From the IMG/VR virus record IMGVR_UViG_3300030397_000021, positions 1-38,241 of that record: 38,241 nucleotides of DNA. The stretch is one strand, 5' to 3'. This DNA is from a virus. Below the pieces are notes generated by a model. The model was given only the letters and a program-made list of their open reading frames with translations. It ran no database searches and had not been told where the DNA came from. Below, piece by piece: positions 6,826 to 15,173 of this stretch. The first letter of the stretch is position 1. Each line of letters begins with the position of its first letter. Position numbers and translations under genes: made by a program.

Positions 6826-8868
6826 ATGCAATTATTCAAAGTGGAACAAGGCACACCGGAATGGCACGAACTTCGTGACACTCACCTAACCGCTTCTGAT
6901 GCTTCGGCTATGATGGGCGCAAGCAAGTACAAAAGCCGTACTCAGCTAATGAAAGAAAAGAAGTTTGGTGTTAAGGAGAAAATCACTCCGGCTAAACAAG
7001 CGCTTTTCGACAAGGGCCACGCAGCAGAAGAAGCAGCTCGCGATCTTCTTGAGGTTGATATGCTTGAATCATTCGCTCCGGTTGTTTGTGGTATCGAGAT
7101 TGACGGATTAAAGCTACTCGCTTCACTGGATGGTCTATCAGAAGATCATCAAATGGTATTCGAGCACAAGCTTTGGAATGAAACGCTTGCTGAAAATGTT
7201 CGCAATAACGTGCTTGAAGATACTCACTACTGGCAGTTAGAACACCAGCTTCTTGTATCTGGCGCTGAAAACGCTTTGTTTATGACTTCAGACGGCACAG
7301 CAGATAAGCGAGAATACATGCACTACATTTCAATCCCTGAACGCCGTGAGCAGTTGATTGCTGGCTGGAAGCAGTTCAATAAAGATCTCGAATCTTTTGA
7401 AATGGAGGCCAAGAAAGAAGTTGTTGTTGCTGAAAAAACTAGCCTACCAGCTATTTCATACAGCGTAACAGGCACAGAAATCAGCACTAATATTGCTATG
7501 TGCCTTGACCAAATCAAGATAATGGCAAGTGAAGAAATGAGCAAGGTCCTGGAAACGGATCAGGACTTCGCCGACAAGGACCAGCTTAATAAAGATGTTA
7601 AGAAGGCTCGCGCCGGGCTCAAAGATATGATCGCCAAGGTTCGCGGCGAGTTTGTTAGCTACTCACAGTTTGAAGAAATCGCTCAAGAAATGGATGGTGT
7701 TCTTCAGCAAATGCAAAGCCACGGCGAGAAGCAAGTTAAACAGGCCAAAGAAGCTAAGAAGCAAGCAATCTGGACTGAAGCTAATAACGACCTTCTTAAC
7801 CATATCCAAGAAGCTAACGGCAAAATTGCACCTATGGGAATTATTTCAATCATGGGCGAGATTCGTCCTGATTGGACTGGCGCAATGAAGAACAAGCGCA
7901 CTATTGAAAGTCTTGAAAATGCGGTATCTGAAGAGCTGGCCAAGTGTAAGGTTGAGATTAATCAGGTAATGGACCGTGTTGTTCCTAACCTTCAATACCT
8001 TCGTGACCATGCAGCAGATTACAAGTTTTTATTCTCTGATGCTCAGCAGCTAGTTAACCAGGACGCTGAACCATTTCAGGCAATAATCAAATCACGCATT
8101 GCTGATCACAAAAAATCCGAAGAAGAACGCCTTGAAGCTGAACGCAAGCGCATTCAGGAAGAGGAAGAGCGCAAGGCCAAAGAAAAGGCAGAGCGTGAAG
8201 CTGAAGCAGAGCGTGAGCGTATCCGAAAGGAAGAGCGCGCCAAAGCTCAAGCTGAAGAACAGGCTAAACGTGAGCAAGAAGAAGCTGACCGTTTACAGCG
8301 TGAAGCAGAAGAGAAGGCTAATCAGCCAGAGCCAACGCCTGAACCTATTCAGCAAGCGGCAGTTGAGCAGAGCAAGCCTTTAGTTGGTGATATAGCTCCT
8401 TTCGGTATCACAAAGAAATCATATCCTGACTTGTTTGAAGAGTTTAAAGACGATTGCTCTTTCGATACGTCAGAAGTGCCTAAGCATGGTAAAGGTTATG
8501 TGATTCCTGAAATTGAGCATGAAGGCAAGCTTTACCGATACAATATGCGGCTTACTTGGGATTACTCTTGGGGAATTGAAGAGTGGTTTGATTCTGAAGG
8601 CGCTTGGCTCGTGGTTGATACCACACCTAAACAAGTGGAATCGCTATATCAAGGCCGATCTCAAACAATGCGTAACACTGAAGTTGATCCTGAAGAAAAA
8701 GTTAAAACAGTTTACTCAGTAGAATTTTATAAGCTTGGTGGTGCTAGTCGAGTTCGTTTTAACTTCAGTAATAGTGAGCACGTTACTTTTGAAGTGCCGA
8801 AAGGCGAAACGAAAGCCAACCTATTAAGCACGCTTATTGATGTAATTGAACTGATTAAAAACATTTAA
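6826..8868 (+). CDS. YqaJ-type (lambda-Exo-like PD-(D/E)XK) exonuclease fused to a long C-terminal extension
   Basis: N-terminal signature EQGTPEWHELRDTHLTASDASAMMG, then LDG...FEHK (D...ExK). About 480 further residues follow, including an E/R/K-rich helix (aa 428-505) and a terminal globular region. Confidence 0.8.
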   Translation: MQLFKVEQGTPEWHELRDTHLTASDASAMMGASKYKSRTQLMKEKKFGVKEKITPAKQALFDKGHAAEEAARDLLEVDMLESFAPVVCGIEIDGLKLLASLDGLSEDHQMVFEHKLWNETLAENVRNNVLEDTHYWQLEHQLLVSGAENALFMTSDGTADKREYMHYISIPERREQLIAGWKQFNKDLESFEMEAKKEVVVAEKTSLPAISYSVTGTEISTNIAMCLDQIKIMASEEMSKVLETDQDFADKDQLNKDVKKARAGLKDMIAKVRGEFVSYSQFEEIAQEMDGVLQQMQSHGEKQVKQAKEAKKQAIWTEANNDLLNHIQEANGKIAPMGIISIMGEIRPDWTGAMKNKRTIESLENAVSEELAKCKVEINQVMDRVVPNLQYLRDHAADYKFLFSDAQQLVNQDAEPFQAIIKSRIADHKKSEEERLEAERKRIQEEEERKAKEKAEREAEAERERIRKEERAKAQAEEQAKREQEEADRLQREAEEKANQPEPTPEPIQQAAVEQSKPLVGDIAPFGITKKSYPDLFEEFKDDCSFDTSEVPKHGKGYVIPEIEHEGKLYRYNMRLTWDYSWGIEEWFDSEGAWLVVDTTPKQVESLYQGRSQTMRNTEVDPEEKVKTVYSVEFYKLGGASRVRFNFSNSEHVTFEVPKGETKANLLSTLIDVIELIKNI

Positions 8869-8958
8869 TCAAACTGGCGGTGTAACAGCCGCCACCACTT
8901 AATCAAAAGCTTGAAACTATTCTTAACAAGTACCTTTAAATAACAAAGGAAATTTATC

Positions 8959-9138
8959 ATGCTTCCGTTGCAAGAAACCATGTATCAAATTATCGAGCAA
9001 AAGTACAATGAGAGGATTATAGAGCTTCAATTGATGAAGGCGACATGCAAGGATAATGAAGTTGAATATATCGAAAGCATGATTTCTAGATATAAGAAGG
9101 ATCTTAAAAACGTAAGGCCAATTACATTCTTAGCATAG
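8959..9138 (+). CDS. Small hypothetical protein (59 aa), below the ORF-track cutoff
   Basis: Hand translation: MLPLQETMYQIIEQKYNERIIELQLMKATCKDNEVEYIESMISRYKKDLKNVRPITFLA. AAGGA lies 8 nt upstream. It fills an otherwise 328-bp gap. Confidence 0.5.
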   Translation: MLPLQETMYQIIEQKYNERIIELQLMKATCKDNEVEYIESMISRYKKDLKNVRPITFLA

Positions 9139-9196
9139 ATTCTTAACCATGCGTCATTATATTTATGGCGCATCACAACCAAAGTAGAGATATAAC

Positions 9197-9754
9197 ATGA
9201 AAACGATTTTTACATACGACACTGAAACAACGGGCACACCTAACTGGAAAGTGCCAAGCGATTCACCTGAACAGCCTCACCTTGTTCAACTTGCTGCGGT
9301 ACTTTCTAATGCTGAAACTGGTGAAGAAATTCAATCAATGAACGTGATCATTAAGCCTGACGGCTGGGAGATTCCTGAAGAAGTAACAGCGGTTCACGGT
9401 ATCACAACTGAATACGCGATTGAGCATGGTATTCCCGAAGGAATGGCTGTGGCAATGCTTCACATGATCCGTGGTGACGCTGAACGAGTGGCGTATAACA
9501 AGACTTTTGACCAGCGCATTATTCGTATTGCAATGAAGCGCTATATGTCTGAAGAGTGCATTGAAAAGTGGGCGGTGAAAGAAGATCACCACTGTGCAAT
9601 GCGAATGGCTCAAAAAGAGCTAGGCGGTAAAAATCCAAAGCTTATTGATGCTTACAAGGCTATTTGTGGCAAAGACTTGGTAAATGCTCATAGCGCAATG
9701 GCTGACACACTGGCAGCGCAAGAAATCTTTTTCAAACTTAACTCAGGAGAGTAA
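9197..9754 (+). CDS. DnaQ-like DEDDh 3'-5' exonuclease
   Basis: Exo I FTYDTETTG, Exo II VAYNKTFDQRI, Exo III NAHSAMADTLA. Confidence 0.85.
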   Translation: MKTIFTYDTETTGTPNWKVPSDSPEQPHLVQLAAVLSNAETGEEIQSMNVIIKPDGWEIPEEVTAVHGITTEYAIEHGIPEGMAVAMLHMIRGDAERVAYNKTFDQRIIRIAMKRYMSEECIEKWAVKEDHHCAMRMAQKELGGKNPKLIDAYKAICGKDLVNAHSAMADTLAAQEIFFKLNSGE

Positions 9755-9756
9755 TC

Positions 9757-10164
9757 ATGGCAGATCGCAAAACAAACGTAGCTGATTTTATCGGTGAATG
9801 TAACGCTGGAATTATGATTGAAAAGCTTGGTCTAGCTTTAAGTGATGCCGCACTAGCTCAAATCACTCACGGTATCGGCAGCAAAAAAGCAAAGGTATCA
9901 CTTGAATTTACCTTTCAACAAATGGGTGACAACGATCAGGTTATCGTTTCTCACAAGCTTTCAACCAGCAACCCAACTAAGCGCGGTAAGAAGTTTGAAG
10001 AAGACATTACTGATACAGCTTTCTTTGTTGGCAAAGGTGGCAAGCTAACCATCAATGCACCGGAAGAAGACGACAGCGGCCAGTTCAACCTAACACATGA
10101 AAATGTTGATAAAGCAACTGGTGAAGTACAGCAACACTCAAACGTTCGCCGCCTGGCTAACTAA
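9757..10164 (+). CDS. Hypothetical protein (135 aa)
   Basis: The ORF is tightly packed after the exonuclease gene. No motif recognised. Confidence 0.6.
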   Translation: MADRKTNVADFIGECNAGIMIEKLGLALSDAALAQITHGIGSKKAKVSLEFTFQQMGDNDQVIVSHKLSTSNPTKRGKKFEEDITDTAFFVGKGGKLTINAPEEDDSGQFNLTHENVDKATGEVQQHSNVRRLAN

Positions 10165-10221
10165 TTCAAACCGCCGGGTTAACGCCCGGCAAACCTAACT
10201 AATTTTAGAGAGTAAACAACT

Positions 10222-11043
10222 ATGTCAATAACTAAAGAAGCAATCCAGCACCTTGAGAAAACTGTTCTACTTGCAGGCGTTAACGCTTCGCTTGCTGAAG
10301 TTAAAGCTCAATCGCCACTTATCGCACTTCCTGAAGGCGTAAAGCTTTCTGATCTTGAAGGTCACATGGAGCACCGCACTTCTTACCGCTTCAACTTCTC
10401 AACCAAATCAATCAAAGACTTTGGTGAATACTGCAAAGAGTTCGACAAAGAAGGCGCTAAGTGTTTTGTAAACTCTGATCGCATGTACGCAGAAACTATC
10501 TTTGACCTTGGCACAGAAGATAAACCGCTTCACCAGCGCCACAACTCAAAGCTTCAGCTTGATAAGACAGCAGCGTTTAAAGCTATCCTTTGCGTAAATG
10601 GCGATCACATGAGCCAGAAAGCAGCGGCTAACTTTGTTGAAGACTGGGCCGACAATATCAAAGTAGTGAATAGTGACGGCGAACCAATGACCAACAGCCA
10701 GGCGGCTAAGCAATTGCGTGAAATCACTATCGAGCAAGTTAGTAATCGTGATAGCAAGGTCGGCAACTTCGGCGAGTCTATGAGCGAGTTCGAGAAGATT
10801 GAAGCTAAGAACCAGGATAAGATCCCGGCAACGATTGAATTTACCTGCCAGCCTTACCACGGCTTAGCTAATCGAGCGTTTACCGTTCGTGTATCAATCC
10901 TAACTGGCGGCCAGAAACCTGAAATCTGTTTCCGTATCATTAAGCTTGAAGCTCAAGAAGAAGATATGGCTGAAGAGTTCAAAGAAATCCTGGTTGAAAT
11001 GTTCAAAGACTCTGAACTAAAAACCTTCATCGGCGAAAGCTAA
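10222..11043 (+). CDS. Conserved phage protein, possibly DUF2303/YfdQ-like
   Basis: 273-aa ORF in the recombination module. Size and context resemble YfdQ-type proteins. The family call is from memory only. Confidence 0.5.
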   Translation: MSITKEAIQHLEKTVLLAGVNASLAEVKAQSPLIALPEGVKLSDLEGHMEHRTSYRFNFSTKSIKDFGEYCKEFDKEGAKCFVNSDRMYAETIFDLGTEDKPLHQRHNSKLQLDKTAAFKAILCVNGDHMSQKAAANFVEDWADNIKVVNSDGEPMTNSQAAKQLREITIEQVSNRDSKVGNFGESMSEFEKIEAKNQDKIPATIEFTCQPYHGLANRAFTVRVSILTGGQKPEICFRIIKLEAQEEDMAEEFKEILVEMFKDSELKTFIGES

Positions 11044-11059
11044 GATTAATTAATCAAGT

Positions 11060-11088
11060 CGAACTATCTGGAATTTCCGGATAGTTCG
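11060..11088 (+). promoter_or_regulatory. Stable hairpin between the DUF2303-like gene and ssb (attenuator or weak terminator)
   Basis: cgaactatctgg-aattt-ccggatagttcg (12-bp stem, one G-U) followed by cttt. Confidence 0.45.
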
Positions 11089-11106
11089 CTTTAACAAGGA
11101 GCTTCT

Positions 11107-11613
11107 ATGGCAAGCCGTGGAGTAAACAAAGTTATCCTAGTTGGCAATCTTGGTAATGATCCTGAAATTCGCTACATGCCTAACGGGGGAGCGGTTGCCA
11201 ACATAACAATTGCAACTTCAGAAAGCTGGCGTGATAAACAAACTGGCGAACAGCGCGAGAAAACAGAGTGGCACCGTGTTTCTCTGTTCGGAAAATTGGC
11301 AGAGGTGGCTGGTGAATATCTTCGCAAGGGTTCACAGGTTTACATTGAAGGTCAGCTTCAAACTCGCAAGTGGCAAGATCAGCAAGGCCAGGACCGCTAC
11401 ACTACTGAAGTTGTTGTTCAGGGCTTTAATGGTGTGATGCAAATGCTAGGTGGTAAGGCTCAAGGTCAAGGCGGCCAACAACAAGCGCCAGCTCAACACC
11501 AACAAGGTGGATGGGGTAAACCTCAGCAGCCAGCACAGCAAAGGCAGCCACAACAACAGCCTCAATACAATGAGCCGCCAATGGATTTTGATGACGACAT
11601 TCCTTTTAATTAA
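11107..11613 (+). CDS. ssb: Single-stranded DNA-binding protein
   Basis: Canonical OB-fold N-terminus [44 protein letters not shown]..., Q/G/P-rich linker and acidic tail DFDDDIPF. Confidence 0.97.
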   Translation: MASRGVNKVILVGNLGNDPEIRYMPNGGAVANITIATSESWRDKQTGEQREKTEWHRVSLFGKLAEVAGEYLRKGSQVYIEGQLQTRKWQDQQGQDRYTTEVVVQGFNGVMQMLGGKAQGQGGQQQAPAQHQQGGWGKPQQPAQQRQPQQQPQYNEPPMDFDDDIPFN

Positions 11614-11664
11614 GCCCTTCAGGTCAGGGCGTAAAAGTTCGGCCTGTTACTCTATGAGGTAGAT

Positions 11665-11904
11665 ATGGGAAAGGTTTTAGATTTATTACGAAAGGGCGCA
11701 AGCGCTCCGGCTGGTGAAGTTACTCACGTTAATGAAGCCAAAACAGCAGAAGAAGCGCTTGCTGTACTTTCAAAAGAAGCAAGAAAGGCATTGCGTGAAA
11801 CGGGACTTTGGAACCAAGAGTTTCACGGCAATGAAATTGTAGCGGTGATCGCCTGCTTTATTGCGGCGAAAACTGAATTAGATAAGCAAAATAAGGATAA
11901 GTAA
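11665..11904 (+). CDS. Hypothetical protein (79 aa)
   Basis: ORF with GAGG upstream. No motif recognised. Confidence 0.55.
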   Translation: MGKVLDLLRKGASAPAGEVTHVNEAKTAEEALAVLSKEARKALRETGLWNQEFHGNEIVAVIACFIAAKTELDKQNKDK

Positions 11905-12414
11905 ATGGGTATTTATATCGGCGTAAAGCTAGTTAAAGCACTTGTAATGAATCGCCTTGAGTACAATCAGTATCGCGGGTGGCAACTTCCAGAAGATGAA
12001 AACGGATCGGATGAAGGTTATCTGGTTGAGTATCTTGATGGTGGAGAATCAAATCACCCTGATCACGAAGGTTATATTTCATGGTCGCCTAAGTCAGTAT
12101 TCGATAATGCCTATCGTCCTACTTGCGGCATGAATTTCGGTTTAGCAATTGAAGCTATGAAGATGGGCCAGAAAGTTGCTCGCGCCGGATGGAACGGCAA
12201 AGGAATGTGGTGTATCTACAACCCTGGCAGTAAAGGCGAAACTCACGCAATGTTTGAAGGTAGCGTTTACAAGAATCACGGTGTAGGCGAATGCGAGATC
12301 TTGCCTCACTTCGATATGTACACGGTTAACGCTTCAGGCCGCCGCGCAATGCTCCCTGGTTGGCTGGCTAGTCAGTCCGACATGGACGCTGATGATTGGC
12401 TTGTCGTTGAATAG
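11905..12414 (+). CDS. DUF2829-family (Tad2-like) protein
   Basis: The C-terminal half FGLAIEAMKMGQKVARAGWNGKGMW...LPGWLASQSDMDADDWLVVE matches the DUF2829 signature (GxxVxRxGW ... W.asQ.D.la.DW). Confidence 0.65.
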   Translation: MGIYIGVKLVKALVMNRLEYNQYRGWQLPEDENGSDEGYLVEYLDGGESNHPDHEGYISWSPKSVFDNAYRPTCGMNFGLAIEAMKMGQKVARAGWNGKGMWCIYNPGSKGETHAMFEGSVYKNHGVGECEILPHFDMYTVNASGRRAMLPGWLASQSDMDADDWLVVE

Positions 12415-12433
12415 CGTTATCAAGGTTGTATTC

Positions 12434-12595
12434 ATGCCTAAACGGTCAAAGGCCCAAAGGCATGAATACTTAATTAACACCGACAACTACAAAACCGCTG
12501 AAGGCATAGCAAGTAAGCGGTTGTTCTTTGATGGTCACAGCAAGAAAGACTTCAAAGAGGTTGTTATGGCTCAAGTTCAAGTATTTGATAAATAG
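12434..12595 (+). CDS. Small basic hypothetical protein (53 aa)
   Basis: ORF 12392..12595. The ATG at 12434 avoids overlap with the upstream gene. Confidence 0.4.
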   Translation: MPKRSKAQRHEYLINTDNYKTAEGIASKRLFFDGHSKKDFKEVVMAQVQVFDK

Positions 12596-12600
12596 ATTCA

Positions 12601-12609
12601 TGCTATAAT
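12601..12609 (+). promoter_or_regulatory. Extended -10 promoter element TGCTATAAT
   Basis: Perfect TGnTATAAT at 12601-12609 in a 109-bp non-coding gap. There is no good -35, which extended -10 promoters tolerate. Confidence 0.5.
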
Positions 12610-12612
12610 TAA

Positions 12613-12669
12613 TATGTGCCTAGGGAATGCAACCCGAAAGTAAGAATTCGTTACTCTTATTGGCACATA
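12613..12669 (+). promoter_or_regulatory. Structured leader (closing helix tatgtgcc/ggcacata with two internal hairpins) upstream of the AP2 gene
   Basis: 8-bp closing helix 12613-12620 / 12662-12669. Internal ggg-aatgcaa-ccc and agtaa-gaattcg-ttact. It begins a few nt after the predicted -10. Confidence 0.4.
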
Positions 12670-12704
12670 CCCTTCAGTAACGATTGACCGCTAACGAGGT
12701 TATC

Positions 12705-13316
12705 ATGCAAGAATTCATTGAAATACCAGCAAATAGAAGATCAATATCAAAGAGAAAGCCAATTTGTGGTGTTGGAATTAATGACGCGAGTTATATAACA
12801 AACTCTTTGGTATTGGGTAAAAAAGTCGTATCACTATCATATAAAACATGGAAGAGCATGATTGAAAGGTGCTATTCAGTTGGTTATCAAAAAAGATTCC
12901 CGACATATGTTGAATGCTTTGTTTGTGATGAGTGGCTTTACTTTAGTAATTTTGACAGATGGTATAAAGATAATTTTATTGAAGGCTACGATCTGGACAA
13001 GGACTTAAAGATAAAAGGCAATAAGGTTTACTCACCGTCTACTTGTATTTTTATACCTCAGTCAGTCAATAAGCTTTTCAATGAGTGTAAATCTGTTCGC
13101 GGAAAGTTCCCAACTGGCGTTTCATTTTCAAAGTCAGCAGGGAAATTCCAGTCTGCCGTAAAGTATAACGGTAAGAGAGTTCACCTTGGTTTCTTCGATT
13201 CTCCAGATCTTGCAAGAGAGGCATACAAGAAAGAAAAGAACAAAGAAATAAAAAGACAGGCAGAAATTTATCCAGAACTAAAGCAATACCTAATAAATCA
13301 TTTACTTGAGGAATAG
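12705..13316 (+). CDS. AP2-domain homing-endonuclease-like protein (no recognisable HNH or GIY-YIG motif)
   Basis: AP2-like block TGVSFSKSAGKFQSAVKYNGKRVHLGFFDSPDLAREAYKKE. The N-terminal YKTWKSMIERCYS...CDEWLYFSNFDRWY block is seen in phage endonuclease-like genes. ATG at 12705 has GAGG 5 nt upstream. Visibly AT-rich codon usage. Confidence 0.7.
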   Translation: MQEFIEIPANRRSISKRKPICGVGINDASYITNSLVLGKKVVSLSYKTWKSMIERCYSVGYQKRFPTYVECFVCDEWLYFSNFDRWYKDNFIEGYDLDKDLKIKGNKVYSPSTCIFIPQSVNKLFNECKSVRGKFPTGVSFSKSAGKFQSAVKYNGKRVHLGFFDSPDLAREAYKKEKNKEIKRQAEIYPELKQYLINHLLEE

Positions 13317-13321
13317 CAGCA

Positions 13322-13702
13322 ATGATAAAAACTAAGAACTTTAACCCTGAGACAGATCGAAAATTACTATGCACTTGTGGTCACGATGATTGTGATAAAA
13401 GAAGTGTAAACCAGTTTGCGCTTGATAGAGTGCAGGCGATAAGGGACGATCTAGGTCGTCCAATGGCGATCACTTCCGGTGGTCGATGCCCTAACCATCC
13501 TAAAGAAGTCAATAAAAAGAAACCTGGTGATCACCAAAAGTGTACCGCTGTAGATGTGCTTTATGGAAGTGTTCTAGAAAGAAACAAGTTAATGGTACTC
13601 GCTGGTAGGTACGGAGCTACACGAGTTGCCTTTGGTAAAAACTTTGTTCACATGGCATGGACTGAAACTGACGATCACAGCGTTCCAACGTGGGAGTATT
13701 GA
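13322..13702 (+). CDS. Endolysin, peptidase M15 (Zn D-Ala-D-Ala carboxypeptidase/L-Ala-D-Glu peptidase fold)
   Basis: SGGRCPNHPKEVNKKKPGDHQKCTAVDV and C-terminal FVHMAW fit the H-x6-D...H zinc site of Peptidase_M15_3. Confidence 0.8.
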   Translation: MIKTKNFNPETDRKLLCTCGHDDCDKRSVNQFALDRVQAIRDDLGRPMAITSGGRCPNHPKEVNKKKPGDHQKCTAVDVLYGSVLERNKLMVLAGRYGATRVAFGKNFVHMAWTETDDHSVPTWEY

Positions 13703-13703
13703 T

Positions 13704-14213
13704 ATGAGCTTTCTAACAAAGATAACTGATGTTGTGGGCGGTTCGTTGTTTGGCTCAGTCAAAGAGCTGATCACTGATTACTTTCCACCGGATATGTCAC
13801 CGGAGAAAAAGGCAGAGCTTCAGCAAAAGATTGATGAAATGGAGTTAAAGAAACAAATTGCCATCCTGGAAGCCGCTGCTGATGCTGAAAAAACGCTGAA
13901 CCAACGAATAGCAGAGCAAGAAGGAACAGCAAGCGACCTTAAACAGTTGCCGATAGTTGGCCGAGTAGTTTTGTTTCTTCGTGGTATGCAGCGCCCTATG
14001 TGGGGGTTCTTCGTTATGTACCTGGATTATGAATGGTTCAGTAATCCTTCAACAAAATTGCTAGGTGATAAGTTGGTTCAAACGTTCTCAAAACAGCAAC
14101 AGACAGCGCTTATTGTAATTAACCTATTGGTATTGGGTTTCTTATTTGGTGAGCGTACCGTCAAGAACCTTGAGCCACTAATAATAAAAGTGTTTGGTAA
14201 GTCAGGTAAATAA
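13704..14213 (+). CDS. Holin-like membrane protein (resembles the '3-TM holin' DUF3154 type)
   Basis: The ATG lies 1 nt after the endolysin stop. N-terminal amphipathic region, coiled-coil, then hydrophobic segments (VVLFLRGMQRPMWGFFVMYL, ALIVINLLVLGFLFG). Confidence 0.6.
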   Translation: MSFLTKITDVVGGSLFGSVKELITDYFPPDMSPEKKAELQQKIDEMELKKQIAILEAAADAEKTLNQRIAEQEGTASDLKQLPIVGRVVLFLRGMQRPMWGFFVMYLDYEWFSNPSTKLLGDKLVQTFSKQQQTALIVINLLVLGFLFGERTVKNLEPLIIKVFGKSGK

Positions 14214-14275
14214 GGTAATTTAGATGCTTGAATGATATACTTATGAGAATGTCAAGCAGCAATTAACCTATTATT

Positions 14276-14689
14276 ATGGATAAACACATGCCGATGGATT
14301 CACTTAGTTTTATACAGCGCCTTCAAGAGTACGGGGTACTCGGTTATGCGTGGATACTAATCGTAAGCTTTTGGGCTGGAACTGCTAAGTATCTAACCTC
14401 ACTCAATGGGCAGAAGCCAACCTTGTTCGGCTGGCTATCTGAAACTTGTGTAAGTGGCTTTGTCGGTATCATTGCCGCAATGACTTGCCAGTATTACCAG
14501 TTAGACTTTTTACTCACTTCAGCAATAACAGGGATCTGTGCACATAACGGCACCAGGTCCCTTTATCTTATTGGTGAAATCTTAAAAAAAAACACGACAA
14601 GCCTTAACCGCATAGCAAGCGAGCCTTCAGTTAATGAAAATGTTCGCTTAGCTAAAAAGAAGGAGCAAGACAATGGCACTAACAATTGA
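14276..14689 (+). CDS. Second holin/antiholin-like membrane protein (3 predicted TM segments)
   Basis: Hydrophobic segments GYAWILIVSFWAG, CVSGFVGIIAAMTC, LLTSAITGICA, and a charged C-terminal tail. Confidence 0.5.
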   Translation: MDKHMPMDSLSFIQRLQEYGVLGYAWILIVSFWAGTAKYLTSLNGQKPTLFGWLSETCVSGFVGIIAAMTCQYYQLDFLLTSAITGICAHNGTRSLYLIGEILKKNTTSLNRIASEPSVNENVRLAKKKEQDNGTNN

Positions 14690-15173
14690 AACTCTAGAAG
14701 AGTCAAAGTGGAGAGAGGGAAAGATTTTTACTTTCCTACACTCTAACGATTTACTGGCCGATCTTGCTATAGAGAATTTTGTTATATGCGTTGGCAGTAA
14801 GAACGTTACGCTAAAAAGTATAAATATCGAAGGTGACGCTGAGACGCTAACTTGGAAGGCGTACTCTAACTCTGAGTTTGATGAAGGAACTGGCGTTTTA
14901 TTAAACCCTATACCAAGAAACATAGCGGCTAATACCAATCCAGATATGCTTATCGCTGTAAACCCAACGATAACAAAGGAAGGATCACCATTCTTTGACC
15001 CTGCAATTCAATTGGTTGGTCAAGTTGCAGCAGGGAATCGCTCATTCTTAACTGAAAGCATCATAGGAAGCCCATTCACTTTGCTAGCAAATCACTGTTA
15101 CACAATTGAGATAACAAACAATTCAGGTTCGGACGTCAAGTATGCAACAGACTTTGAATTGTGGAATGAATAA
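14673..15173 (+). CDS. Hypothetical beta-rich protein (166 aa)
   Basis: Strong AAGGAG lies 7 nt upstream. It overlaps both neighbours (TAATG with terS). No signal peptide or TM segment. Confidence 0.65.
   Translation: MALTIETLEESKWREGKIFTFLHSNDLLADLAIENFVICVGSKNVTLKSINIEGDAETLTWKAYSNSEFDEGTGVLLNPIPRNIAANTNPDMLIAVNPTITKEGSPFFDPAIQLVGQVAAGNRSFLTESIIGSPFTLLANHCYTIEITNNSGSDVKYATDFELWNE

Noticed and set aside
8107-8341. Apparent DNA repetitiveness (gaagc/gagcg/aaggc runs), a possible repeat array
   Set aside because: It is the coding image of an E/R/K-rich helix in the exonuclease ORF. There is no regular unit-spacer organisation, so it is not CRISPR-like.
10173-10190. Hairpin gccggg-ttaacg-cccggc after ORF 9757..10164, considered as a terminator
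   Set aside because: No U-tract follows on either strand. Similar short GC hairpins at 8875-8894 and 27933-27950 also lack T-runs. I kept them as possible RNA-stability elements only.
14214-14275. Possible promoter (TATACT, TTGAAT) between the two holin-like genes
   Set aside because: No combination gives an acceptable -35/-10 pair with 16-18 nt spacing.
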